A DNA stretch of 54,151 bases from Basidiobolus meristosporus CBS 931.73 (taxonomy: Eukaryota; Fungi; Basidiobolomycota), in assembly GCA_002104905.1 (NCBI GenBank), contig MCFE01000603.1, positions 1-54,151 on the forward strand. Direction: 5' to 3'. The notes beneath the pieces are model-generated. The model was given only the letters and a program-made list of their open reading frames with translations. It made no database searches and had not been told where the DNA came from. Of the stretch, positions 36,551 through 49,955 are shown piece after piece. Numbering within the stretch: the first letter of the stretch is position 1; every line of letters starts with the position of its first letter. The translations under genes were made by a program, and so were the position numbers.

Positions 36551-38364
36551 AGCCCTAAAGTAAGACCAATACAAAGCACTTATAGAGAGGTAAGACCCTA
36601 CAAAGGCAACAGCAACCTGTTTTGCAACCACTGCAAAAGGAAAGGACAAACATCAGACTGGTGATTCAAAAAGAAAGATAGTCAGCAGAAAAAGCCTGAA
36701 AATGGAAATGCTGCAACAGCTGAAGATAGACTATTCATATCTGCACTAAATATGACCACAAACAATGATTATCAGGCATGGTATATTGACTCCGGAGCAT
36801 CTCAACACTTTACACACCAAAAAGAACTCTTTACCCAATATCAGGAAATTCCAATTTAGAAGGTTTTCATGGGTGAGAATAGTGTTCTAAGAGTCTTGGA
36901 GATATTGGAAGTGATTTGGAGAACAAGTAGATTATGTGGCTTTCACTTAATGATTTATTGAATATAAAAGTAGTGTTTATACTTTTACATGGTCTTTGTG
37001 TAACAAGCACATTGAATAGGTTAAGGAAGGTCCCAAGAACATGTGTGCAAAGTTTGGGGCTGCTTGGACAACTTTGAGAATTTTCATGTTCTGGGTGACT
37101 GGTATTTTGGTGAAAATATCCTAAGTAAATCCCCACAAGGAATTTGGTCAGTATTCTCTAGGATTTAAAGGTAATGATCTAAGTGACTAAGTTAGGTGAA
37201 TATTTAGGTGGAAATACAAATCTTTACAACACTCCCACTCAGCTAAATGTTCATACTGACTAGTTCTAATTTTGACCTAAGATATTCAAACTTGTCCCTA
37301 GCTAATGGTTCGGTAAATTTGTCTGCAATCATTTCATCTGTAGAATAGTAAACTAAGCTAACTAAGTTATTCTCTATAGCTTCACGTATGAAAAGATGTC
37401 TAATATCCATGTGCTTGGTTCTAGCATGAAAAGTTGGATTTCTATCTAATTGTGTACATCCTTGATTATCTTGAGATAAAGTGATAGGCATATTTTGACA
37501 TTGGCCTAAATCTGTAAAAAGCTTTCTAAACCACATTGCATCTTTTGTAGCTTTGCAGGCTGCCATATACTCTGTCTCTGTGGTGGAAAGTGCCACGGTT
37601 GGTTGCTTTCTTGAATTCCATGAAATTGCTCCTTGACAGTAAAGAAAGGTGTATCCTGTGGTGGATCTTCTGTCTTCTGAGTTTTGTCCCCGATCAGCAT
37701 CAGAATATCCCATAAGAACCTGTTCTGAGTCCATATATGTGTATCTTAAGCAGATTTTTAGACACCTAAAAGGAACTGCTGATATCTGCTAAACTACTGC
37801 AATATGATCAGATCAATAGTAATGATTATGTTGGCAGACAACTCCCACTGAATATGAGATATCCGGACATGTTTCAAGCATGATATACATCAGACTGCCA
37901 ATCATAGATTGATTATGAAAGTCAGGGCTATCAGATGGCACCAAGGTCTTTTGATTTGGTTGAGTTTTGATCAAGTTAAGGTTTGTCTCCATTGGGGTAG
38001 CTGCAGGTTTAGAGTCTGTTGTAAAAATTTGTATTTCCACCTAAATATTCACCTAACTTGGTTACTTCAATCATTACCTTCAAATCCTAGAGAATACTGA
38101 CCAAATTCCTTGTTGGATTTACTTAGAATATTTTCACCAAAATACCAGGTACCCAGAACATGAATATTCTCAAAGTTGTCCAAACAGCCCCAAACTTTGC
38201 ACACATGTTCTTGGGACCTTCCTTAACCTATTATATGTGTTTGTAATGCAAAGACCAGGTAAAAGTATTAATGCTACTTTTACATTCAATAAATCATTAA
38301 GTGAAATCCATATAATCTACTTGTTCTCCAAGTCACTTCCAATATCTCCAAGACTCTTACAACA

Positions 38365-38378
38365 GGTCATGAGCCCTG
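38365..38378 (+). promoter_or_regulatory. Primer binding site complementary to the anticodon arm of tRNA-iMet (half-tRNA priming type)
   Basis: GGT(T/C)ATGAGCCCTG immediately follows the 5' LTR. The exact form is seen on the opposite strand at 50171-50184 (CAGGGCTCATAACC). Variants at 10790, 35347 and 46477. Confidence 0.85.
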
Positions 38379-41300
38379 AGCTGTCACTCTCTGCAATGTC
38401 TACTACTGCTATTACTGGAATTTTTCCCTCTGCTGAAAAGTTGGATGGATCTAACTACCAAGTGTGGAAGGTGAAGATGAAGATGCTGCTACAAGAAAGA
38501 GGCCTTTGGGATATTGTTGTAGTAGAAGAATGACCTCCTAAAAATGTGGGAGAGGAAGCCTTAAAGTATCAGAAGAAAGCACAAAGTGCCTTTAACTGCA
38601 TTATCCTTAATGTTAAAGATAAATTGCTAATTCTATGCTCAAGAGCAAAAACAGCAAAAAATGCCTGGAAGGCATTAGAAGACACCTACCAGTCATGTTC
38701 AGCTGCCAAGGAAAATGTATCTGAGACAAAAATTCTTTACTACAAAGATACTGCCAGGAGAAGAAATGAAAAATCTAATTAACAGAATTACCCTGCTGGT
38801 AGATGAGATGGAATTTGTGGGTGTACCAACTACTGATGAGGATGTGTTAGTTACCATCCTGAATAGCCTGACAGAGAGGTTTCAGGACCTTGTATCAGCC
38901 CTAGAGTCCAGAACTGAAGATTTGACCTTAAATTACGTATATGGAAGGCTCCTGGATTAAGAATTAAGATAATCAAGTGCCAATAAGAAGGAAGAAGAAA
39001 ATGCTTTAATAAGCAATGATAGCCAACAAAGGAGGTACCCAAGACCCTACAAAGGCAACAGCAACCTGTTATGGAACTACTGTAAAAGGAAAGGACACAC
39101 ATCAGACCGGTGTCTCAAAAAGAGAGATTATCAGCAAAAGAAGCCTGAATATGGAATGCTGCAACAACTGAAGATAGACTATTCATATCTGCACTAAATA
39201 TGACCACAAACAAGGATTCTCAGATGTGGTATATTGGCTCTGGAGCTTCTCAACACTTTACACAACAAAATGAACTTTTTACCTAATATCAAGAAATTCC
39301 AAATAAGCTGGTTTTCATGGGTGACTATAGAACACTTGATTGAGTGGGAGAAGGAACTATCCAAGTAGACCTGAGAAGCAGTGAAGAAAGCCATACACTG
39401 ACCTTTAAAGAAGTACTCTGTGTACCAGAAATAGCCAAGAACCTACTCTCTGTAAACAAAGCCACGGCAGAAGGACTCAGTTTCAGTTTTGACAATTCTG
39501 GATGCAGGATTACTGATTAAAATGGTGCACAATTTGCTTTGGGCATCAGAGATCAGAATCTATACAAATTGACTTATATTCCATCATATCTAGAAGCCAA
39601 TATAAGTAACTTAAATGAAGAAACACCAATGCTTTGGCACAGGAGATTTGGTCACATCAATTTTGATTATTTGCGCAAAATGATCAAAGATCAGCTAATT
39701 TCTGGAGTGAAAATTGATCCCCCAGCTAATTTGGAGCACTGTGAAGCCTGCATATATGGGAAACAAGCCAGACAACCGTTTAAGAGCTCTGGGTTAATCA
39801 AAACTAAGAAAAAACTAGATCTAATTCACTCAGATCTGTGTGGACCTAAGCAAAATTTATCCTTAGGCAGGATGAAGTATTTGATCACTTTTATTGATGA
39901 TTATACAAGATACACATGGGTGTACTTCATGGAGAGAAAGGAAGAAGCTGTGTCTAAGTTCAGGGAGTTTAAAGCCATGGTGGAGAGAGAAACTGGTGAA
40001 AAAATCAAGAAAATACGCTCTGACAATGGTGGAGAATATACCTCAAAACTCTTCATCCACTTCTGCAAAATTCATGGGATAAAGCAAGAAACTACTGTAC
40101 CATACTCCCCACAGCAAAATGGAGTAGCAGAACAAGCTAACAGATTAATAAAGGATATGGCAAGATGTATGATCCATGAGCAAAAATTATCCTATGATTT
40201 TTGGGCAGAATCAGTTGCCACTGCTGTATATCTTAAAAATAGGAGTTACAACAGAATACCCTTGTAATTCTACTCCATTTGAAGCATGGTATGGATGCAG
40301 ACCTAGTGCAGAACTTCTAAGAATATTTGGGTGTACAGCATATGACAAAAAACTGGCCGGAAATCAGTCAAAATTTGAGCCAAAAAGTGTAAAATGCATA
40401 TTTTTGGGCTACTGCAATGAGAGTAAGGCATACAGACTCTACAATACCAATGTAAAGATGCTGATCAAGTCCAGTGATGTGTTGTTGGATGAAAATTCAA
40501 AACTTTCACAAAAAACGACATCAGATGATTACAAAAATTTGACTCAAGTCCAGCAATTGTCAGGATTGAATCAGAGCAGAACAATGTGAATTTTTTCACT
40601 CCAGAGGACTCTACAACCATGGTTCAGCCAGAATCAGTGCCCAGGAATATCCCAGAAGTGATCATTCCAGTATCAAATGCCCAGAGATCCAATTGGACAA
40701 GAAATAGCCCAAATTACTACATCAATGAGGGTACAAACTTAGCCTATGCCTATTTAGTCCATATTGATGAATCCCAGACTGTAAAAGAGGCCCTAAATAG
40801 CCCTCAGACAAAGTTTTGGAGATCTGCAATAACTGGGGAATATCAGGCCCTGATGGAAAATCAAACTTGGGACTTGGTCAAATTACCAATCAACCAAAAA
40901 TCAATTGGATGCAGATGAGTCTTCAAGATAAAATACAAGGCTGATGGTACAATTGAAAGATACAAAGCAAGACTTGTAGCCAAAAGATACTCTCAAACAA
41001 AAGGACTTGACTATACTGAGACCTTTGCATTGGTAGCCAAGTTTAATTCCATCAGATTAATATTGGCTATTGCAGCCAAATATAAGTTTTTTATTCATCA
41101 AATGGATGTAAAAACTGCATTTTTGAATGGAGAACTTGATGAGGACATGTATATGGACCAGCCTGATGGGTTTGTTGACCAAGATAACCCCCATTTGGTC
41201 TGCAAGCTTGAAAAGTCACTATATGGTCTCAAACAATCACCAAGGGCCTGGAATTGCAAGATAGATTCTTATTTGGAATCTTTGAGTTTCAAAAGGAGTA

Positions 41301-41579
41301 ATGCTGACTATAGTACATACTATAAGCCAGATAGAGCAAATCCAGTTCTATTAGCTCTATATGTGGATGATCTTATTATAGCCGCCAAGAACCTAGAAAC
41401 ATTGGAAGAAACTAAATCCAGCCTATCTAAGGAGTTCAAGATGTCCAATCTAGGAGAACTCAGTTACTTCTTAGGGATTAAGTTCTCCATAGACAGAAGT
41501 ACCCAGACTATCACCCTAAGCCAATCCAAGTATATTCAAGATATACTAAAGAAGTACAAAATGGAAGACTGTAAACTGG

Positions 41580-42649
41580 TGTGGTGGTGTATAGGTCCAA
41601 GGGAGAGATACGTCCAACACTTCTCAAGTGTTTTGTGTGTGGGGTGTTCACTGGGTGCAATAACCTCTGGCAAAAGCTTGCTAGGAATACTTGGGTTCTG
41701 TCTCTAATCTAATGTGAAGGGGAATAAAGCCACAAGCTCGTCAAGGGAAAACTATGGAGCTACCATCCCCAACTTAGTTGGCGTCTTAACAAAAGTATGT
41801 GCTGGGTACAGCTTCCTTTGAGATGACAATGTACTAAAGCTTCCAAAGTCAAAACAACTGTAAACTCCACCAGCAGGGACTTGATAAGAATGCAGCTGTG
41901 ATTAATAGTTACAAAGACAGAAAAGTATCTTGGCCTGTACAAGAACAAACTTGAGAAAGAATCAAATATAATAAAAGATACCTACTCTGAGTATTCCTCA
42001 CAAGTAGTGCCTCCAAGGTCAGTTGGCTGTCAGCGCGGTTTCCTGGGAGTGTCCAGCAGCCTAGGGTTGGAAGTTCAGGTAGCAGCAGGTAGCAGTGATC
42101 ACACTAATCAACAAGTTGGTATATTGATAAAAGGGATGATGATTTATTGTTGAGGGATAGCCTCCCTTATATACTTTTCTTACTAGCTAAGTGATTACTA
42201 ATCATTGTGTTCCAGAAGGTTCCGGATATCAATAGAAATCTTCATGACATCAAAATGACCTCAGAGTGTTCTTAGTAGGTGCCGGAAGGTTCTAAGAGGC
42301 ACAGCACATCCAACCAATCAGGAATCAGTGTTCTGAAACCTGTGTAGCATAGGGATACCATATATGGTATGGAAATGGTAGGTATGGTGACACGGGTTGA
42401 TCATGTGTCACGGGTACTGGCGCGGGTACTTGCCTAATATAGAAGCACTTATAGCTAGTAATCTACATAAAGTGAGGGGTAACTTATGCAATAAGGTAAG
42501 CAGGTGTGATAGTCACCCGGCCTATGGGATAGTACTGATTGGGTAAGACAAATGGGATAAAACTAAAATAAATGTAGTAGGGATATAGGGAAGTAGAAAA
42601 TGAGGGAATGAGCACATCTGTCAGTGGGTGTCACTGTCACCCCACTACA
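41580..42649. mobile_element. Solo LTR (1070 bp) of the CpG-target family inside the RT of Copia Z
   Basis: TGTGGTGGTG...CCCCACTACA. TSD CTGG (41576-41579) / CCAG (42650-42653). Uninterrupted Copia copies read CCGG at this site (e.g. near 51369). Confidence 0.92.
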
Positions 42650-45600
42650 CCAGCAGCTACCTCAATGGAGACAAACCTTAACTTGGTCAAAACTCAACCA
42701 AATCAAGAGAGCTTGGTGCCATCTAAAGGCCCTGACTTTCATTATCAATCTATGGTTGGCAGTCTTATGTATATTATGCTTGGAACACATCCAGATATCT
42801 CATATTCAGTGCGAGTTGTCAGCCAACATAATCAGAATTATGGATCTGATCATATTGCAGTAGTTAAGCGGATTTTTAGATACCTAAAAGGAACTGCTGA
42901 TATCTGCTTAAGATACACTTTAAAGGATTCAGAACAGGATTTTGTGGAATACTCTGATGCTGATTGGGGACAAAATTTGGAAGACAGAAGATCCACCACA
43001 GAATACACCTTTCTTCACTGTAAAGGAGCAATTTCATAGAATTCAAGAAAGCAACCAACCGTAGCACTTTCCACCACAGAGGCATAGTATATGGCAGCCT
43101 GTGAAGCTATAAAAGAAGCAATGTGGTTAAGAAAGCTGTTTACAGATTTAGGCATATGTCAAAAATGCCAAGACCAGGTAAAAGTATAAATACTACTTTT
43201 ACATCCAATAAATCATTAAGTGAAAACTGCATAATCTACTTGTTCTCCAAGTCACTTCCAATATCTCAAAGACTCTTACAACAGAGTCTTCCATTTTGTA
43301 CTTCTTTAGTATATCTTGAATATACTTGGATTGGCTTAGGGTGATAGTCTGGGTACTTCTGTCTATGGAGAACTTAATCCCTAAGAAGTAACTGAGTTCT
43401 CCTAGATTGGACATCTTGAACTCCTTAGATAGGCTGGATTTAGTTTCTTCCAATGTTTCTAGGTTCTTGGCGGCTATAATAAGATCATCCACATATAGAG
43501 CTAATAGAACTGGATTTGCTCTATCTGGCTTATAGCATGTACTATAGTCAGCATTACTCCTTTTGAACCTCAAAGATTCCAAATAGGAATCTATCTTACA
43601 ATTCCAGGCTCTTGGTGATTGTTTGAGATCATATAGTGACTTTTCAAGCTTGCAGACCAAATGGGGGTTATCTTGGTCAACAAACCCATCAGGCTGGTCC
43701 ATATACAAGTCCTCGTCAAGTTCTCCATTCAAATATGCAGTTTTTGCATCTACTTGATGAATAAAATATTTATATTTGGCTGCAATAGCCAATATTAATC
43801 TGATGGAATTAAACTTGGCTACCAGTGCAAAGGTCTCAGTATAGTCAAGTCCTTTTGTTTGAGAGTATCTTTTGGCTACAAGTCTTGCTTTGTGTCTCCC
43901 AATTGTACCATCAGCCATGTATTTTGTCTTGAAGACCCATCTGCATCCAGTTGATTTTTGGTTGATTGGTTATTTGACCAAGTCCCAAGTTTGATTTTCA
44001 ATCAGGGCCTGAAATTCCTCAGTCATTGCAGATCTCCAAAACTTTGTCTGAGGACTATTTAGGGCCTCTTTTACAGTCTGGGGCTCATGAATATGGACTG
44101 AATAGGCATAGGCTAAGTTTGTACTCTCATTGATATAGTAATTTGGGCTATTTCTTGTCTGATTGGATCTCCAGGCATTTGATACTAAAATGATCACTTC
44201 TGGGATATTACTGGGCACTGATTCTGCCTGAACCACAATTTGAGAGTCCTCTGGAGTAATAAAATTTTCATTGCTTTGCTCTGATTCAAACCTGACAATT
44301 GGTGGATTTGGGATCAGCTTTTTGTCATCATCTGATGTCATTTTTGGTGAAAACTTTGGATTTTCATCAAACAACACATCCCTGGACTTGATTAGCTTCT
44401 TTGCTTTGGTATTGTAGAGTCTGTATGCTTTACTCTCATTGCAGTAGCCCAAAAATATGCAGTTTACACTTTTTGGCTCAAATTTTGACTGATTTCCGGG
44501 CAGTTTCTTGGCATATTTCTGTACACCAAAATATTCTTGGATGTTCTGCACTTGGTCTGTATGCATACCATGCTTCAAATGGAGCAGAATCACAAAGTAT
44601 TCTGCTATAACTCCTATTTTTAAGATATACAGCAGTGCCAATTGATTCTGCCCAAAAATCAAAGGATAATTTTTGATCATGGATCATAGATCTTGCCATA
44701 TCAATTATTGATCTGTTTGCATGTTTGGCTACTCCATCTTGCTGTGGGGAGTATGGTACAGTAGTCTCTTGCTTTATCTCATGAATTTTGCAGAAGTGGA
44801 TGAAGAATTTTGAGGTATATTCTCCACCATTGTCAGAGCGTATTTTCTTGATTTTTTCACGAGTTTCACTCTCCACCATGGCTTTCAACTCCCTGAACTT
44901 AGACACAGCTTCTTCCTTTCTCTCCATGAAGTACACCCATGTGTATCTTGTATAATCATCAATAAAAGTGATCAAATACTTCATCCTGCCTAAGGATAAA
45001 TTTTGCAAAGGTTCACACAGATCTGAGTGAATTAGATCTAGTTTTTTCTTAGTTTTGATTAACCCAGAGCTCTTGAATGGTTGTCTGGCTTGTTTCCCAT
45101 ATATGCAGGCTTCACAGTGCTCCAAATAAGCTGGGGGATCAATTTTTACTTCAGAAATTAGCTGATTTTTGATCATTTTGCGCAAATAATCAAAATTGAT
45201 GTGACCAAATCTCCTGTGCCAAAGCATTGGTGTTTCTTCATTTAAGTTACGCATGTTGGCTTCCAGATATGATGGAATATAAGTCAACTTGTATAGATTC
45301 TGATCTCAGATACCCTAAGCAATAAGGGCACCATTTTGATCAGTGATCTTACACCCAGAATTGTCAAAGCTGAAACTGATTCCTTCTGCAGTGACCTTGC
45401 TTACAGATAGTAGGTTCTTGGCTATTTCTGGTACATTGAGTACTTCTTTGAAAGTCAGTGTATGGCTTCCTTCACTGCTTTTTAGGTTTGCTTGAATAGC
45501 TCCTTCTCCCACTGCATCAAGTGTTCTATTGTCACCCATGAAAACCTTCTTATTTGGAATTTCTTGATATTGGGTAAAAAGTTCTTTTTGGCATGTAAAG

Positions 45601-48600
45601 TGTTGAGAAGCTCCAAAGCCAATATACCATGTCTGAGAATCCTTGTTTATGGTCATATTTAGTGCTGATATGAAAAGTCTATCTTCAGTTGTTGCAGCAT
45701 TTCCATATTCAGGCTTTTTTTGCTGATTTTCTTTCTTTTTGAAGCACTGTTCTAATGTGTGTCCTTTTCTTTTGCAGTAGTTGGAAAACAGGTTGCTGTT
45801 GCCTTTGTAGGGTCTTAGGTACCTCCTTTGTTGGCTATCATTGCTTATTAAAGCATTTTCTTCTTCCTTCTTATTGGCACTTGATTATCTTAATTCTTCA
45901 TCCAGGAGCCTTCCATATATGTAATTTAAGGTCAAATCTTCAGTTCTGGACTCTAGGGCTGATACAAGGCCCTGAAACCTGTCTTTCAGGCTACTCAGGA
46001 TGGCAGCTATCACATCCTCATCAGTAGTTGGTACACCCACAGATTTCATTTCATCTACCAGCAGGGTAATTCTGTGAACCAGATTTTTCATTTCTTCTCC
46101 TGGCAGCATCTTTGTAGTAAAGAGTTTTTGTCTCAGATACATTTTCTTGGCAGCTGAACATGACTGGTAGGTGTCTTCTAGTGCCTTCCAGGCATTCTTT
46201 GCTGTTTTTGCTCTTGAGCATTGAATTAGCAATTCATCTTTAACATTAATGCAAATGCAGTTAAAGGCACTTTGTCCTTTCTTCTGGTACTTTAAGGCTT
46301 CCTCTCCCACATTTTTAGGAGGTCATTCTTCTACTATAACAATATCCCAAAGGCCTCTTTCTTGTGGCAGCATCTTCATCTTCACCTTCCACACTTGGTA
46401 GTTAGATCCATCCAACTTTTCAGCAGAGGGAAAAATTCAGTAATAGCAGTAGTAGACATTGCAGTGAGTGACAGCTTGGGGCTCATAACCTGTTATAAGA
46501 GTCTTGGAGATATTGGAAGTGATTGGGAAAACAAGTAGATTATGTGGAACTCACTTAATGATTTATTGAATGGAAAAGTAGCAGTAAGACTTTTACATGG
46601 TCTTGGCATTACAAACACATAGAATAGGCTAAAGTAGGACCCAAGAACATGTGTGCAAAGTTTTGGGCCATTTGGACAACTTTGAGATTTTTCATGTTCT
46701 GGGTAACTGGTATTTTGGTGAAAATATTCTGAGTAATTCCCAACAAGGAGTTTGGTCAGTATTCTCTAGAATATTAAAGTAATGATCTAAGTGACTAAGC
46801 TAGGTGAATATTTAGGTGGAAATACAAATTTATACAACAGATAGAACACTTGAAGCAGTGGGAGAAGGAACTATCCAAGTAGACCTAAAAAGCAGTGAAG
46901 GAAGCCATTTACTGACTTTCAAAGAAGTACTCTATGTACCAGAAATAGCCAGGAACCTACTATCTGTAAACAAGGCCACTGCAGAAGGACTCAGTTTCAG
47001 CTTTGACAATTCTGGATGCAAGATCACTGATCAAAATGGTGCCCTTATTGCTTTGGGTATCTGAGATCAGTATCTATACAAGTTGACTTATATTCCATCA
47101 TGTTTGGAAGCCAACATGAGTAACTTAAATGAAGAAACACCAATGCTTTGGCGCAGGAGATTTGGGCACATAAATTTTGATTATTTGCGCAAAATGATCA
47201 AAGATCAGCTAATTTCTAGAGTAAAAGTTGATCCCCTGGCTAATTTGGAGCATTGTGAAGCCTGCATATATGGGAAACAAGCCAGATAGCCATTCAAGAA
47301 CGCTGGGTTAGTCAAAACTAAGAAAAAATTAGATCTAATTCACTCAGATCTGTGTGGACCTATGCAAAATTTATCCTTAGGTGGGATGAAGTATTTGATC
47401 ACTTTTATTGATGATTATACAAGATACACATGGGTCTACTTCATGGAGAGAAAGGAAGAAGCTCTGTCTAAGTTCAGGGAGTTTAAAGCCATGGTGGAGA
47501 GAGAAAATGGTGAAAAAATTGAGAAAACACGCTCTAACAATGGTGGAGAATATGCCTCAAAACTCTTCATCCACTTCTGCAAAATTCATGGGATAAAGCA
47601 AGAGACTACTGTACCATACTCCCCACAGCAAAATGGAGTAGCAGAACATGCAAACAGATCAATAATTGATATGGCAAGATCTATGATCCATGATCATAAA
47701 TTATCCTTTGATTTTTGGGTGAAATCAGTTGGCACTGCTGTATATCTTAAAAATAGGAGTTATAACAGAATACTTTGTGATTCTGCTCCATTTGAAGCAT
47801 GGTATGGATACAGACCAAGTGCAGAATATCTAAGAATATTTTGGTGTACAGCACATGCCATGAAACTGCCTGGATATCAGTCAAAGTTTGAGCCAAAAAG
47901 TGTAAAATGCATATTTTTGGGTTACTGCAACAAGAGAAAGGCATACAGACTCTACAATACCAAAGCAAAGAAGCTAATCAAGTCCAGGGATGTGTTGTTT
48001 GATGAAAATCCAAAGTTTTCACAAAAAATGACATCAGATGATGACAAAAATATGATCTCAAGTTCACCAATTGTCAGGATTAAATCTGTTCAAAACAATG
48101 AAGATTTTTTCACTCCAGAGGACTCTACAACTGTTGTTCAGCCAGATTCAGTGCCTAGGAATATCCCAGAAGTTGATTATTCTAGTATCAAATGCCTGGA
48201 GATCCAATCAGACAAGAAATAGCCCAAATTACTATGTCAATGAGGGTACAAACTTAGCCTATGCCTATTCAGTCCATATTGATGAACCCCAGACTGTAAA
48301 AGAGGCCCTAAATAACCCTCAGACAAAGTTTTGGAGATCTGCAATGACTGAGGAATATAAGGCCCTGATGGAAAATCAAACTTGGGACTTGGTCAAATTA
48401 CCAATCAACCAAAAATCAACTGGATGCGGATTGGTCTTCAAGACAAAATACAAGGCTGATGGTACAATTGAAAGATACAAAGCAAGATTTGTGGCCAAAG
48501 GATACTTTCAAAAAAAGGACTTGACAATACTGAGACCTTTGCACTGGTAGCCAAGTTTAATTCCATCAGATTAATATTGGCTATTGCAGCCAAATATAAC

Positions 48601-49955
48601 TTCTATTAGCTCTGTATGTAGATGATCTTATTATAGCCGCCAATAACCTAGAAACATTGGAAGAGACTAAATCCAGCCTATCTAAGGAGTTCAAGATGTC
48701 CAATCTAGGAGAACTCAGTTACTTCTCAGGGATTAAGTTCTCCATAGACAGAAGTACCCAGACTATCACCCTAAGCCAATCCAAGTATATTCAAGATATA
48801 CTAAAGAAGTACAAAATGGAAGACTGTAAACTGGCAGCTACCCCAATGGAGACAAACCTTAACTTGGTCAAAACTCAACCAAATCAAGAGAGCTTGGTGC
48901 CATCTGAAAGCCCTGGCTTTCATTATCAATCTATGGTTGAAAGCCTGATGTATACCATGCTTGGAACATGTCCAGATATCTCATATTCAGTGGGAGTTGT
49001 CAGCCAACATAATCAGAACTATGGATCTGATCATATTGCAGCAGTTGAGCGGATTTTTAGATACCTAAAAGGAACTGCTGATATCTGCTTAAAATACACT
49101 TATAAGGTTTCAGAACAGGATTGTGTGGGATACTCTGATGCTGATTGGGGACAAAATCTGGAAGACAGAAGATCCGCCACAGGATACAACTTTCTTTATT
49201 GTAAAGGAGCAATATCATGGAATTCAAGAAAGCAACCAGCCATAGCACTTTCTACCACAGAGGCAGAGTATATGACAGCCTGTAAAGCTACAAAAGAAGC
49301 AATGTGGTTAAGAAAGCTTTTACACAGATTTAGGCCTATGTCAAAATATGCCTATTACTTTATTTCAAGATAATCAACAATGTATACAATCAGGTAGAAA
49401 TCCAACTTTTCATGCTAGAACCATGCACATAGATATTAGACATCATTTTATATGTGAAGCTATATAGAATAACTTAGTTAGCTTGGTTTACTGTCCTACA
49501 GATGAAATGATTGCAGACATAGTTACCAAACCATTAGCTAGAGACAAGTTTGAATATCTTAGGTCAAAATTAGACTAGTCAGTATGAATATTTAGCTGAG
49601 GGGGGGTATTATAAAAATTTGTAATTCCACCTAAATATTCACCTAACTTAGTCACTCAGATCATTACCCTCAAATCCTAGAGAATACTGACCAAATTCCT
49701 TGTGGGGATTTACTTAGGATATTTTCACCAAAATACCAGTCACCCAGAACATGAAAATTCTCAAAGTTGTCCAAACAGCCCCAAGCTTTGCACACATGCT
49801 CTTTGATCCTTCCTCAGCCTACTCCACATGTTTTTTATGCCAAGACCATGTAAAAGTATTAATACTACCCTTACATTCAATAAATCATTAAGTTATAACC
49901 ACATAATCTACTGGTTCTCCCAATCACTTCCAATATCTCCAAAACTTGTACAACA

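Larger units (their letters stand above)
38017..43283 (+). mobile_element. Copia Z nested in Y (5' LTR 38017-38364; 3' LTR truncated to about 43165-43283)
   Basis: Perfect TSD GAGTC (38012-38016, 43284-43288). PBS at 38365-38378. Integrase 39539-40267, RT 41030-41579. Confidence 0.92.
36883..46839 (-). mobile_element. Copia Y nested in X (LTRs 36883-37231 and 46491-46839)
   Basis: TSD AATAG/GATAG (4/5). PPT after the left LTR, PBS at 46477-46490. ORF remnants 37243-37734, 43199-43918, 44478-45287 and 45885-46310. About 40 LTR mismatches by eye. Confidence 0.85.
36590..49955 (+). mobile_element. Copia X (5'-truncated): gag piece 36590-36882, resumes at 46840, 3' LTR 49607-49955
   Basis: Reading continues across the insertion (GAGAATAG | GATAG AACACTTG). 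Integrase 47362-48222, RT with an internal deletion near 48598, RNase H 48657-49373. Confidence 0.85.

Noticed and set aside
38851-39102. Recurrent antisense ORFs such as MCVLS...YSGW (also 10067, 45755, 53848) and MLWYCRV...
   Set aside because: These are shadow frames of gag-pol, repeated only because the element is repeated.
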